Positions 13,039 through 23,038 of a DNA stretch of 64,000 nt are shown in pieces. Every line of letters begins with the position of its first letter. Within the stretch, counting starts at the first letter, position 1. The translations under genes and the position numbers were made by a program. Source of the stretch: Neocallimastix sp. 'constans'. Taxonomy: Eukaryota. The stretch lies in NCBI GenBank assembly GCA_050613775.1, contig JBODTK010000015.1, positions 806,001-870,000 of the forward strand. The letters are read 5' to 3'. The notes below the pieces were generated by a model that saw nothing but the letters and a program-made list of their open reading frames with translations, searched no databases and had not been told where the DNA came from.

Positions 13039-13089
<51 letters not shown>

Positions 13090-13177
13090 CTAGGAATAAA
13101 CTTTATTTAATAATATTTTTTTTAAAAAATACATGAAATTTAAATACATGAAAATTTTTTATATTAATATTAAAAAA

Positions 13178-16100
13178 CTACGTTATGAGATTCGAGGACG
13201 AAAAGGCCTCTAACTCTTCCCATTCATCGAAGATAACCCCATGTGGATGAAAATTATCATTCGAATCTGTATCAGAATTTCTTCTTTGCCTTATCGTTAC
13301 GACGTCGACGCTCTTGACAACGGTAGGTCTAACACTATACAAATCGATCATGGTGTAAAAATCACCAATCACAATAGGCATAACGTTAGTAAGGAATTCC
13401 GCAAGCCCCACAAAATATGAAATCGGGAAAGAAGACTCGTTCGAAGGTGATTGAAAAATATTATTAATATATCGCCTTCTTTCCCCCGAGCCGATCTTTA
13501 AGATTTCAAATACTGCATTTCCGCCAAGAAGGATACACAGCACGTAAAAATTGATATTATCATCAAAATCTTCCTCTTTATCATCAGGAATGTTCAATGA
13601 TTTCTCATGAACAATTAGAGAAAAATTAATAAAAATTTCATCAACAAAGGGAATGAAATGTTGCCTAAATTCTTCAAATTTAGGACATAAAAGTATCCAG
13701 TGTGTAAAACTAGGTATGCTGTTACTCTCACCACAACAAGGGCAGTATGTTGGGCAATTTTCTGATACTAGATTACTTTTAACATACGTTTTTACATCAA
13801 ATTTGAATCCACATTTAATTCGTCCAATCCAAAAAAATCCAAGAGAAAATTGTGAATATTTAAGTGATAGACGTTGAATAAATTTTTTAAAACCAAATTT
13901 AAATTTCTTGTATTTTGTAGATCTGATCGCAGGAGTGCTTGAATAATGAATATTTTCCCAGTAAAACTTCCTTATTTCTCCAGGAAGTTTATTACTGTGC
14001 TTGTGTACTGCTAAACTCCGTGCTTTTTTCGTCCAAGAATAGTGAGAAAGTGTAGGTATATTTTTGACTAAATGAGAAATAATACAAGAAGAATCTTTCC
14101 ACTTTTTAAAGCATCGAATCATCGCCTTAGCACAAAAACTAGCTATAGGAGGTATAGAAAGTTCCTTAGACATATTGTAAATTGAAGTATTGGAGGTTTT
14201 ATTTTTAAACCCGAAACTCCAATACAAACCTCGATTAAAAGCAGTTTGAGCTTTTTCAGTATTCTTTTTATTTGAACCAAGTAAGGGAGCATAATAAAGA
14301 ACTGAACTAAGGACAAAAGAAACTAGTATACGAGTTTTAAAGTAGAAAGGAACATTCCTATTGGTTAAAAATCTAAAGAAAGAGTTAACTGTATAATTAA
14401 TTATACTGTTCATCTTAGCAATAATAGGTTTTAAATCCAACGATTCATTAAAAGGTATACCAAGATATGTATATTGATTAGTGCTTGGTATATAGTTCAT
14501 ACCAAGTCTAAATGTAGGATTTTCATAATGTCTTGAAGGAATAAAATTCTTTGGTTTAACAACTAGTGTAGCGCATTTATTGATTCCAAAGGTCATTTCA
14601 TTTTTAATACCCCAATCATGAGCAATATTCAAAAGGTTTTTAAGTGAAGATTTTGTAGGAGCTAATAATACAATATCATCAGCAAATAATCCACCACAAC
14701 ACTTTTTCTTTTCAGTAATCACACCATATCTTTTACATTTATCAAAAATATCATTGATAAATATATTGAATAAGATAGGTGAGAGAGGACACCCTTGGCG
14801 AACACCACGGTGTATTGGAAATTCTTTTGAAAGTTTACCATTAAAGATTGCACGAGCTTTCGAGGTAAGGTATAGATTAGTAATGAATTTAAGGCATTTA
14901 CCACGAATACCAAGATTATCTAGTTTAGTAAGTATATTGTAAATTGGAACTGAATCATAAGCTTTTTTAAGGTCAAGAAAGGCAAGAAAGGTAAATTTAT
15001 CCTTAAATTTTCTTCTTTGACAAATTTCACGAATGGATACAAATAAACTAATACATTCTTCTTTATTTCTAAAACCAAACTGTTCTGGTCTAATTATTCC
15101 ATTAGAAAAAGCATAGTCCGATATTCTTTTAGTGACAATTTTTGATAGAATTTTTAAACCTACATTGATGAGTGAAATACCACGATAATTATTACAATCT
15201 GAAAGATCCCCTTTTTTAGGAATAGAAACAATAGAAGCAGAGTTCCATTCATTAGGAAAGTCACCATCCCAAATTTTATTAAAAAGTAATAACAGACACT
15301 TTGCACAATCGGAATAAGTAACCTCTTGATTAGAGTCATCCTGAGAAGAATTTCTACTCTCAGAATTAAAAAATGCTTTAAAAAATTCTGTAGGTATACC
15401 ATCAGGACCAGGTGCTTTGTTATTTTTCATTGAAAGAACAGTTGAATGAATTTCTGACATGGAAATAGGTTGATTAATATCCCATGATTCCTGAGGAGTA
15501 GAAGAATTATTAAGTATTCTTTTCCAATAATTTTCATTAAGACTGTGACCAGTTATATCAGAAGCAAGTTCTTCATAGTGTTCTGCAAAACGATTGAGTT
15601 GATCTTCTTGGGATACTAGAACATTACCTTCTTTATCTTTAATGTATACAGGTGATTGGGAAGGAGAGTAAGAAGGTTTAGAAATTTTCTTAAGTCCAGA
15701 CCAACCACGCTGGGCATCATTTTTTAAGAAACATTCGCCGATGGAATGAATCAAATTTATAAATCTAATATTTCTAATATTTCTTTTAATACTAATGATA
15801 TAATCAGAGAGAACTCTATATTCTTTTGAGAGATCACAAAATTCTTGAAGATTTGACAAATCATTACGAAGTTTAAAATTTTTAATCCTTTTATAAAATA
15901 AATGTTTTTCATGTGATAATTTCTTAATATAAGCAGGACAATGGAACGCTGAACCCTGTAAATTTGTAGGAACTCTTGCTTGAATGTCATCGCCTATTTT
16001 ATTTGCTGTGTCAAGAAGTTTTTTAACCATTGTATTAGAGTCTAGATTATCATTATGTTCAAATTCATCCAGTAAACATGTGAATTTATTATGAGAGAAG

Positions 16101-17263
16101 ATTGCTTCACGTTTATCCCTACAAATTCGATTAGACCACTTAATTTGTTTATCCCGAGGGGGAGTAACAAAACCATCAGGAGATATTTTTTTACAAGAAA
16201 GAATAAGTGGTAAATGGTCAGAGATGTCATTAAAAGAGTAGCATACAGAAGCAATATTCAGATAATTTCTTAATTTATCGTTCACTACTATAAAATCAAT
16301 ACAAGAATTCTTTCCACCATTAGACCAAGTAAATTGATGACCAACCATATCCATAAGAAACCATTGAGGGGAAATTCTAAGAATAAGATCTTTGAGTTGT
16401 TGCTTAGTCATGTTGAAATCACCAACAATAGCCGAAGGGTTATTCTGATGGTTCTTGAGCCAATTAGCAAAATCAGTTTCCGCTTTTTCTCTAGAGTCTT
16501 TGTGTTTTTTGCTAGGGATGTAAATGTTCCCTAAAGAACATCTGACACCCCAAAAAGAGAATATATTTACTGAGAGTATATATCTATATTCAAAATCATC
16601 ATTAGTGAATTGGCAGGAGGAGTGCACACCTATATAAAGGCCCCTCATACCAGGGATTTTTTTGTCCGCACGTCTCAGTACTGTTCTATAATGATTAAGA
16701 AATGGATATGAGTTAGAAAAGGAGTTAAGGAATGAACTATTACCGACTTCTTGAAGACAAATACAAATAGGATTAAAGATTGAATTAAAATTGGTAAGTC
16801 CGTCACGTTTTTCAGAATTCCAACCATTTATGTTCCAGCTAATACAGAGGTTGAAATATTTAGTATTCGAGAAAGGGTTAGCATACAGGAGGCTTTCAGA
16901 GATGGGGATTGAGGGTTCAGAATAATACCTGGTTCTATTATGATTAACATTACTAAATGTGCGTATCCTTGAAGTAATCTTCCATTTAATTCTTTTAACA
17001 GGTAAGTGCTTAGTAATCAAATAAATAACCTTCAAATAATCAGTACAATTATTATAGTTAACTCTTAGGATGAAGTAGTTTTCCATATTAATATAGTGTT
17101 TTTTAACGATTCCATGAACAACTTCATTACAATTTGATATCTTTTTGCTTAAAAATTCCCATAGTCTACTTTCAGTCCAAGATTCAAGATCATGAATGAA
17201 AATTAAAACAAATTTATCATGGTCAGGACCATAAAGTCGCAGACCTCTTCGTATAGTTGACAT
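13178..17263 (-). CDS. Family A single ORF, 1361 aa: N-terminal domain, APE, RT, CCHC-type knuckle
   Basis: Intact ORF with LFADD and CPCC...HWILLC. Confidence 0.95.
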   Translation of the reverse strand: MSTIRRGLRLYGPDHDKFVLIFIHDLESWTESRLWEFLSKKISNCNEVVHGIVKKHYINMENYFILRVNYNNCTDYLKVIYLITKHLPVKRIKWKITSRIRTFSNVNHNRTRYYSEPSIPISESLLYANPFSNTKYFNLCISWNINGWNSEKRDGLTNFNSIFNPICICLQEVGNSSFLNSFSNSYPFLNHYRTVLRRADKKIPGMRGLYIGVHSSCQFTNDDFEYRYILSVNIFSFWGVRCSLGNIYIPSKKHKDSREKAETDFANWLKNHQNNPSAIVGDFNMTKQQLKDLILRISPQWFLMDMVGHQFTWSNGGKNSCIDFIVVNDKLRNYLNIASVCYSFNDISDHLPLILSCKKISPDGFVTPPRDKQIKWSNRICRDKREAIFSHNKFTCLLDEFEHNDNLDSNTMVKKLLDTANKIGDDIQARVPTNLQGSAFHCPAYIKKLSHEKHLFYKRIKNFKLRNDLSNLQEFCDLSKEYRVLSDYIISIKRNIRNIRFINLIHSIGECFLKNDAQRGWSGLKKISKPSYSPSQSPVYIKDKEGNVLVSQEDQLNRFAEHYEELASDITGHSLNENYWKRILNNSSTPQESWDINQPISMSEIHSTVLSMKNNKAPGPDGIPTEFFKAFFNSESRNSSQDDSNQEVTYSDCAKCLLLLFNKIWDGDFPNEWNSASIVSIPKKGDLSDCNNYRGISLINVGLKILSKIVTKRISDYAFSNGIIRPEQFGFRNKEECISLFVSIREICQRRKFKDKFTFLAFLDLKKAYDSVPIYNILTKLDNLGIRGKCLKFITNLYLTSKARAIFNGKLSKEFPIHRGVRQGCPLSPILFNIFINDIFDKCKRYGVITEKKKCCGGLFADDIVLLAPTKSSLKNLLNIAHDWGIKNEMTFGINKCATLVVKPKNFIPSRHYENPTFRLGMNYIPSTNQYTYLGIPFNESLDLKPIIAKMNSIINYTVNSFFRFLTNRNVPFYFKTRILVSFVLSSVLYYAPLLGSNKKNTEKAQTAFNRGLYWSFGFKNKTSNTSIYNMSKELSIPPIASFCAKAMIRCFKKWKDSSCIISHLVKNIPTLSHYSWTKKARSLAVHKHSNKLPGEIRKFYWENIHYSSTPAIRSTKYKKFKFGFKKFIQRLSLKYSQFSLGFFWIGRIKCGFKFDVKTYVKSNLVSENCPTYCPCCGESNSIPSFTHWILLCPKFEEFRQHFIPFVDEIFINFSLIVHEKSLNIPDDKEEDFDDNINFYVLCILLGGNAVFEILKIGSGERRRYINNIFQSPSNESSFPISYFVGLAEFLTNVMPIVIGDFYTMIDLYSVRPTVVKSVDVVTIRQRRNSDTDSNDNFHPHGVIFDEWEELEAFSSSNLIT

Positions 17264-17946
17264 AATAAAATAAAAAACTTATCTATATTAATAAAAAGTA
17301 AGTGTAATAAAAAAAATAAAAAATAAAATTAGTAAAAATTAAAAAATTAAAAAAAAAATAAAAATTTATTGCTGTTGTCTTCTCTTTCGTGTATATTGTT
17401 TGCTAAAACTTGTTTGTTTTTCTTTCTTTTTGTGTTGACTAGTTTTAATTAATGATTTTCAATTATAAATTCCTGTTTTATGTAAAAATTTCTGTAAAAT
17501 AATCATATATAATATAAAATTTAAGTGTTAATGAAATAATAGTTGTGAAAAACTATAAAAAGATTCCCATCCGTTAAATAATGTCTCAAACACAAGCTTT
17601 GGAGTGAATCAAACTCCTACATTTCCATTTTACAATAGCTACATGAGAGTATAAATAATACTATAGAAAAAAACATATACAAAATAATGCTAAAGTAAAA
17701 AATACAATAGATTCATTACAATGATAATATGTAGAAACTACATGATATTATTAATTGTACAACTCCAATGTTACTACATATCCAGTTTAAGACATTATAG
17801 AACGTCAAGTTCACTTTCTACAGTCTTCCAGTATTCCAGATTTCTCTCTTCGTACTAGAAGCCACTTTAGAAAGGATAACCATTGATTATCATCAGAATC
17901 ACAGAAAGCTGTAATTAGTACACCTGATATAGGTTATTCCTTTTCC

Positions 17947-18034
17947 ATCAACCCTCCATGGACCTGGAAAAACAGTCCACTTCATTGGGGATCAACCCTC
18001 CATGGACCTGGAAAAACAGTCCACTTCATTGGGG
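17947..18034. repeat. Perfect tandem duplication of a 44-bp unit at the 5' end of A2
   Basis: ATCAACCCTCCATGGACCTGGAAAAACAGTCCACTTCATTGGGG at 17947-17990 and 17991-18034. Confidence 0.95.
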
Positions 18035-18085
18035 AACTTTACTACTATTTTGCACCAGTACTGTGGATCTACTTTATAAGAGTAA

Positions 18086-18089
<4 letters not shown>

Positions 18090-18160
<71 letters not shown>

Positions 18161-21100
18161 CTAGGAATAAACTTTATTTAATAATATTTTTTTTTAAAAA
18201 ATACATGAAATTTAAATACATGAAATTATTTTTTTATATTAATATTAAAAAACTACGTTATGAGATTCGAGGACGAAAAGGCCTCTAACTCTTCCCATTC
18301 ATCGAAGATAACTCCATGTGGATGAAAATTATCATTCGAATCTGTATCAGAATTTCTTCTTTGCCTTATCGTTACGACGTCGACGCTCTTGACAACGGTA
18401 GGTCTAACACTATACAAATCGATCATGGTGTAAAAATCACCAATCACAATAGGCATAACGTTAGTAAGGAATTCCGCAAGCCCCACAAAATATGAAATCG
18501 GGAAAGAAGACTCGTTCGAAGGTGATTGAAAAATATTATTAATATATCGCCTTCTTTCCCCCGAGCCGATCTTTAAGATTTCAAATACTGCATTTCCGCC
18601 AAGAAGGAGACACAGCACGTAAAAATTGATATTATCATCAAAATCTTCCTCTTTATCATCAGGAATGTTCAATGATTTCTCATGAACAATAAGAGAAAAA
18701 TTAATAAAAATTTCATCAACAAAGGGAATGAAATGTTGCCTAAATTCTTCAAATTTAGGACATAAAAGTATCCAGTGTGTAAAACTAGGTATGCTGTTAC
18801 TCTCACCACAACAAGGGCAGTATGTTGGGCAATTTTCTGATACTAGATTACTTTTAACATACGTTTTTACATCAAATTTGAATCCACATTTAATTCGTCC
18901 AATCCAAAAAAATCCAAGAGAAAATTGTGAATATTTAAGTGATAGACGTTGAATAAATTTTTTAAAACCAAATTTAAATTTCTTGTATTTTGTAGATCTG
19001 ATCGCAGGAGTGCTTGAATAATGAATATTTTCCCAGTAAAACTTCCTTATTTCTCCAGGAAGTTTATTATTGTGCTTGTGTACTGCTAAACTCCGTGCTT
19101 TTTTCGTCCATGAATAGTGAGAAAGTGTAGGTATATTTTTGACTAAATGAGAAATAATACAAGAAGAATCTTTCCACTTTTTAAAGCATCGAATCATCGC
19201 CTTAGCACAAAAACTAGCTATAGGAGGTATAGAAAGTTCCTTAGACATATTGTAAATTGAAGTATTGGAGGTTTTATTTTTAAACCCGAAACTCCAATAC
19301 AAACCTCGATTAAAAGCAGTTTGAGCTTTTTCAGTATTCTTTTTATTTGAACCAAGTAAGGGAGCATAATAAAGAACTGAACTAAGGACAAAAGAAACTA
19401 GTATACGAGTTTTAAAGTAGAAAGGAACATTCCTATTGGTTAAAAATCTAAAGAAAGAGTTAACTGTATAATTAATTTTATTGTTCATCTTAGCAATAAT
19501 AGGTTTTAAATCCAACGATTCATTAAAAGGTATACCAAGATATGTATATTGATTAGTGCTTGGTATATAGTTCATACCAAGTCTAAATGTAGGATTTTCA
19601 TAATGTCTTGAAGGAATAAAATTCTTTGGTTTAACAACTAGTGTAGCGCATTTATTGATTCCAAAGGTCATTTCATTTTTAATACCCCAATCATGAGCAA
19701 TATTCAAAAGGTTTTTAAGTGAAGATTTTGTAGGAGCTAATAATACAATATCATCAGCAAATAATCCACCACAACACTTTTTCTTTTCAGTAATCACACC
19801 ATATCTTTTACATTTATCAAAAATATCATTGATAAATATATTGAATAAGATAGGTGAGAGAGGACACCCTTGGCGAACACCACGGTGTATTGGAAATTCT
19901 TTTGAAAGTTTACCATTAAAGATTGCACGAGCTTTCGAGGTAAGGTATAGATTAGTAATGAATTGAAGGCATTTACCACGAATACCAAGATTATTTAGTT
20001 TAGTAAGTATATTGTAAATTGGAACTGAATCATAAGCTTTTTTAAGGTCAAGAAAGGCAAGAAAGGTAAATTTATCCTTAAATTTTCTTCTTTGACAAAT
20101 TTCACGAATGGATACAAATAAACTAATACATTCTTCTTTATTTCTAAAACCAAACTGTTCTGGTCTAATTATTCCATTAGAAAAAGCATAGTCCGATATT
20201 CTTTTAGTGACAATTTTTGATAGAATTTTTAAACCTACATTGATGAGTGAAATACCACGATAATTATTACAATCTGAAAGATCCCCTTTTTTAGGAATAG
20301 AAACAATAGAAGCAGAGTTCCATTCATTAGGAAAGTCACCATCCCAAATTTTATTAAAAAGTAATAACAGACACTTTGCACAATCGGAATAAGTAACCTC
20401 TTGATTAGAGTCATCCTGAGAAGAATTTCTACTCTCAAAATTAAAAAATGCTTTAAAAAATTCTGTAGGTATACCATCAGGACCAGGTGCTTTGTTATTT
20501 TTCATTGAAAGAACAGTTGAATGAATTTCTGACATGGAAATAGGTTGATTAATATCCCATGATTCCTGAGGAGTAGAAGAATTATTAAGTATTCTTTTCC
20601 AATAATTTTCATTAAGACTGTGACCAGTTATATCAGAAGCAAGTTCTTCATAGTGTTCTGCAAAACGATTGAGTTGATCTTCTTGGGATACTAGAACATT
20701 ACCTTCTTTATCTTTAATGTATACAGGTGATTGGGAAGGAGAGTAAGAAGGTTTAGAAATTTTCTTAAGTCCAGACCAACCACGCTGGGCATCATTTTTT
20801 AAGAAACATTCGCCGATGGAATGAATCAAATTTTTAAATCTAATATTCCTAATATTTCTTTTAATACTAATGATATAATCAGAAAGAACTCTATATTCTT
20901 TTGAGAGATCACAAAATTCTTGAAGATTTGACAAATCATTACTAAGTTTAAAATTTTTAATCCTTTTATACAATAGATGTTTTTCATGTGATAATTTCTT
21001 AATATAAGCAGGACAATGGAACGCTGAACCCTGTAAATTTGTAGGAACTCTTGCATGAATGTCATCGCCTATTTTATTTGCTGTGTCAAGAAGTTTTTTA

Positions 21101-23038
21101 ACCATTGTATTAGAGTCTAGATTATCATTATGTTCAAATTCATCCAGTAAACATGTGAATTTATTATGAGAGAAGATTGCTTCACGTTTATCCCTACAAA
21201 TTCGATTAGACCACTTAATTTGTTTATCCCGAGGGGGAGTAACAAAACCATCAGGAGATATTTTTTTACAAGAAAGAATAAGTGGTAAATGGTCAGATAT
21301 GTCATTAAAAGAGTAGCATACAGAAGCAATATTCAAATAATTTCTTAATTTATCGTTCACTACTATAAAATCAATACAAGAATTCTTTCCACCATTAGAC
21401 CAAGTAAATTGATGACCTACCATATCCATAACAAACCACTGAGGGGAAATTCTAAGAATAAGATCTTTGAGTTGATGCTTAGTCATGTTGAAATCACCAA
21501 CAATAGCCGAAGGGTTATTCTGATGGTTCTTGAGCCAATTAGCAAAATCAGTTTCCGCTTTTTCTCTAGAGTCTTTGTGTTTTTTGCTAGGGATGTAAAT
21601 GTTCCCTAAAGAACATCTGACACCCCAAAAAGAGAATATATTTACTGAGAGTATATATCTATATTCAAAATCATCATTAGTGAATTGGCAGGAGGAGTGC
21701 ACACCTATATAAAGGCCCCTCATACCAGGGATATTTTTGTCCGCACGTCTCAGTACTGTTCTATAATGATTAAGGAATGGATATGAGTTAGAAAAGGAGT
21801 TAAGGAATGAACTATTACCGACTTCTTGAAGACAAATACAAATAGGATTAAAGATTGAATTAAAATTGGTAAGTCCGTCACGTTTTTCAGAATTCCAACC
21901 ATTTATGTTCCAGCTAATACAGAGGTTGAAATATTTAGTATTCGAGAAAGGGTTAGCATACAGGAGGCTTTCAGAGATGGGGAATGAGGGCTCAGAATAA
22001 TACCTGGTTCTATTATGATTAACATTGCTAAATGTGCGTATCCTTGAAGTAATCTTCCAATTTATTCTTTTAACAGGTAAGTGCTTAGTAATCAAATAAA
22101 TAACCTTTAAATAATCCGTATAATTATTATAGTTAACTCTTAGGATGAAGTAGTTTTCCATATTAATATAGTGTTTTTTAACGATTCCATGAATAACTTC
22201 ATTACAATTTGATATCTTTTTGCTTAAAAATTCCCATAGTCTACTTTCAGTCCAAGATTCAAGATCATGAATGAAAATTAAAACAAATTTATCATGGTCA
22301 GGACCATAATGTCGCAGACCTCTTCGTATAGTTAACATAATAAAATAAAAAACTTATCTATATTAATAAAAAGTAAATGTAATATAAAAATAAAAAATAA
22401 AATTAGTAAAAAATTAAAAAATTAAAAAAAAATAAAAATTTATTGCTGTTGTCTTCTCTTTCGTGTATATTGTTTGCTAAAACTTGTTTGTTTTTCTTTC
22501 TTTTTGTGTTGACTAGTTTTTAATTAATGATTTTCAATTATAAATTCCTGTTTTATGTAAAAATTTCTGTAAAATAATCATATATAATATAAAATTTAAA
22601 TGTTAATGAAATAATAGTTGTGAAAAACTATAAAAAGATTCCCATCCGTTAAATAATGTCTTAAACACAAGCTTTGGAGTGAATCAATCTCCTACATTTC
22701 CATTTTACAATAGCTACATGAAAGTATAAAAAATACTATAGAAAAATACATATACAAAATAATGCTAAAGTAAAAAATACAATAGATTCATTACAATGAT
22801 AATATGTAGAAACTACATGATATTATTAATTATACAACTCCAATGTTACTACATATCCAGTTTAAAACAATATAAAACATCAGGTTCACTTTCTACAGTC
22901 TTCCAGTATTCCAGTTTTCACTCTTCGTACTAGAAGCCACTTTAGAAAGGATAACCATATATTATCATCAGAATCACAGAAAGCTGTAATTAGTACACCT
23001 GATATAGGTTATTCCTTTTCCATCAACCCTCCATGGAC
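18090..23038 (-). mobile_element. Non-LTR retrotransposon family A, copy A3 (near full length) with 12-bp TSD
   Basis: Poly(T) to 18157. AAGAGTAAAGTT is duplicated at 18078-18089 and 23039-23050. Confidence 0.95.
18253..22338 (-). CDS. Family A single ORF, 1361 aa (APE-RT-CCHC)
   Basis: Intact ORF with only scattered substitutions relative to A2. Confidence 0.95.
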   Translation of the reverse strand: MLTIRRGLRHYGPDHDKFVLIFIHDLESWTESRLWEFLSKKISNCNEVIHGIVKKHYINMENYFILRVNYNNYTDYLKVIYLITKHLPVKRINWKITSRIRTFSNVNHNRTRYYSEPSFPISESLLYANPFSNTKYFNLCISWNINGWNSEKRDGLTNFNSIFNPICICLQEVGNSSFLNSFSNSYPFLNHYRTVLRRADKNIPGMRGLYIGVHSSCQFTNDDFEYRYILSVNIFSFWGVRCSLGNIYIPSKKHKDSREKAETDFANWLKNHQNNPSAIVGDFNMTKHQLKDLILRISPQWFVMDMVGHQFTWSNGGKNSCIDFIVVNDKLRNYLNIASVCYSFNDISDHLPLILSCKKISPDGFVTPPRDKQIKWSNRICRDKREAIFSHNKFTCLLDEFEHNDNLDSNTMVKKLLDTANKIGDDIHARVPTNLQGSAFHCPAYIKKLSHEKHLLYKRIKNFKLSNDLSNLQEFCDLSKEYRVLSDYIISIKRNIRNIRFKNLIHSIGECFLKNDAQRGWSGLKKISKPSYSPSQSPVYIKDKEGNVLVSQEDQLNRFAEHYEELASDITGHSLNENYWKRILNNSSTPQESWDINQPISMSEIHSTVLSMKNNKAPGPDGIPTEFFKAFFNFESRNSSQDDSNQEVTYSDCAKCLLLLFNKIWDGDFPNEWNSASIVSIPKKGDLSDCNNYRGISLINVGLKILSKIVTKRISDYAFSNGIIRPEQFGFRNKEECISLFVSIREICQRRKFKDKFTFLAFLDLKKAYDSVPIYNILTKLNNLGIRGKCLQFITNLYLTSKARAIFNGKLSKEFPIHRGVRQGCPLSPILFNIFINDIFDKCKRYGVITEKKKCCGGLFADDIVLLAPTKSSLKNLLNIAHDWGIKNEMTFGINKCATLVVKPKNFIPSRHYENPTFRLGMNYIPSTNQYTYLGIPFNESLDLKPIIAKMNNKINYTVNSFFRFLTNRNVPFYFKTRILVSFVLSSVLYYAPLLGSNKKNTEKAQTAFNRGLYWSFGFKNKTSNTSIYNMSKELSIPPIASFCAKAMIRCFKKWKDSSCIISHLVKNIPTLSHYSWTKKARSLAVHKHNNKLPGEIRKFYWENIHYSSTPAIRSTKYKKFKFGFKKFIQRLSLKYSQFSLGFFWIGRIKCGFKFDVKTYVKSNLVSENCPTYCPCCGESNSIPSFTHWILLCPKFEEFRQHFIPFVDEIFINFSLIVHEKSLNIPDDKEEDFDDNINFYVLCLLLGGNAVFEILKIGSGERRRYINNIFQSPSNESSFPISYFVGLAEFLTNVMPIVIGDFYTMIDLYSVRPTVVKSVDVVTIRQRRNSDTDSNDNFHPHGVIFDEWEELEAFSSSNLIT

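Larger units (their letters stand above)
7089..13040 (-). mobile_element. Non-LTR retrotransposon family B (full ORF; 5' leader interrupted by C and A2)
   Basis: Poly(T) 7089-7126 (poly(A) tail on the minus strand), 3'UTR 7127-7357, ORF, then a 5' leader from 11819 that resumes after the C insertion at 12909. Confidence 0.9.
13041..18034 (-). mobile_element. Non-LTR retrotransposon family A, copy A2 (full length)
   Basis: Poly(T) 13041-13086, short 3'UTR, intact ORF, and a ~770-nt 5' leader ending in a duplicated 44-bp unit. Confidence 0.95.

Noticed and set aside
17890..17900. CTGATGA (minus strand) in the A leader as a hammerhead core
   Set aside because: The following stem is not followed by GAAA, so the core is incomplete.
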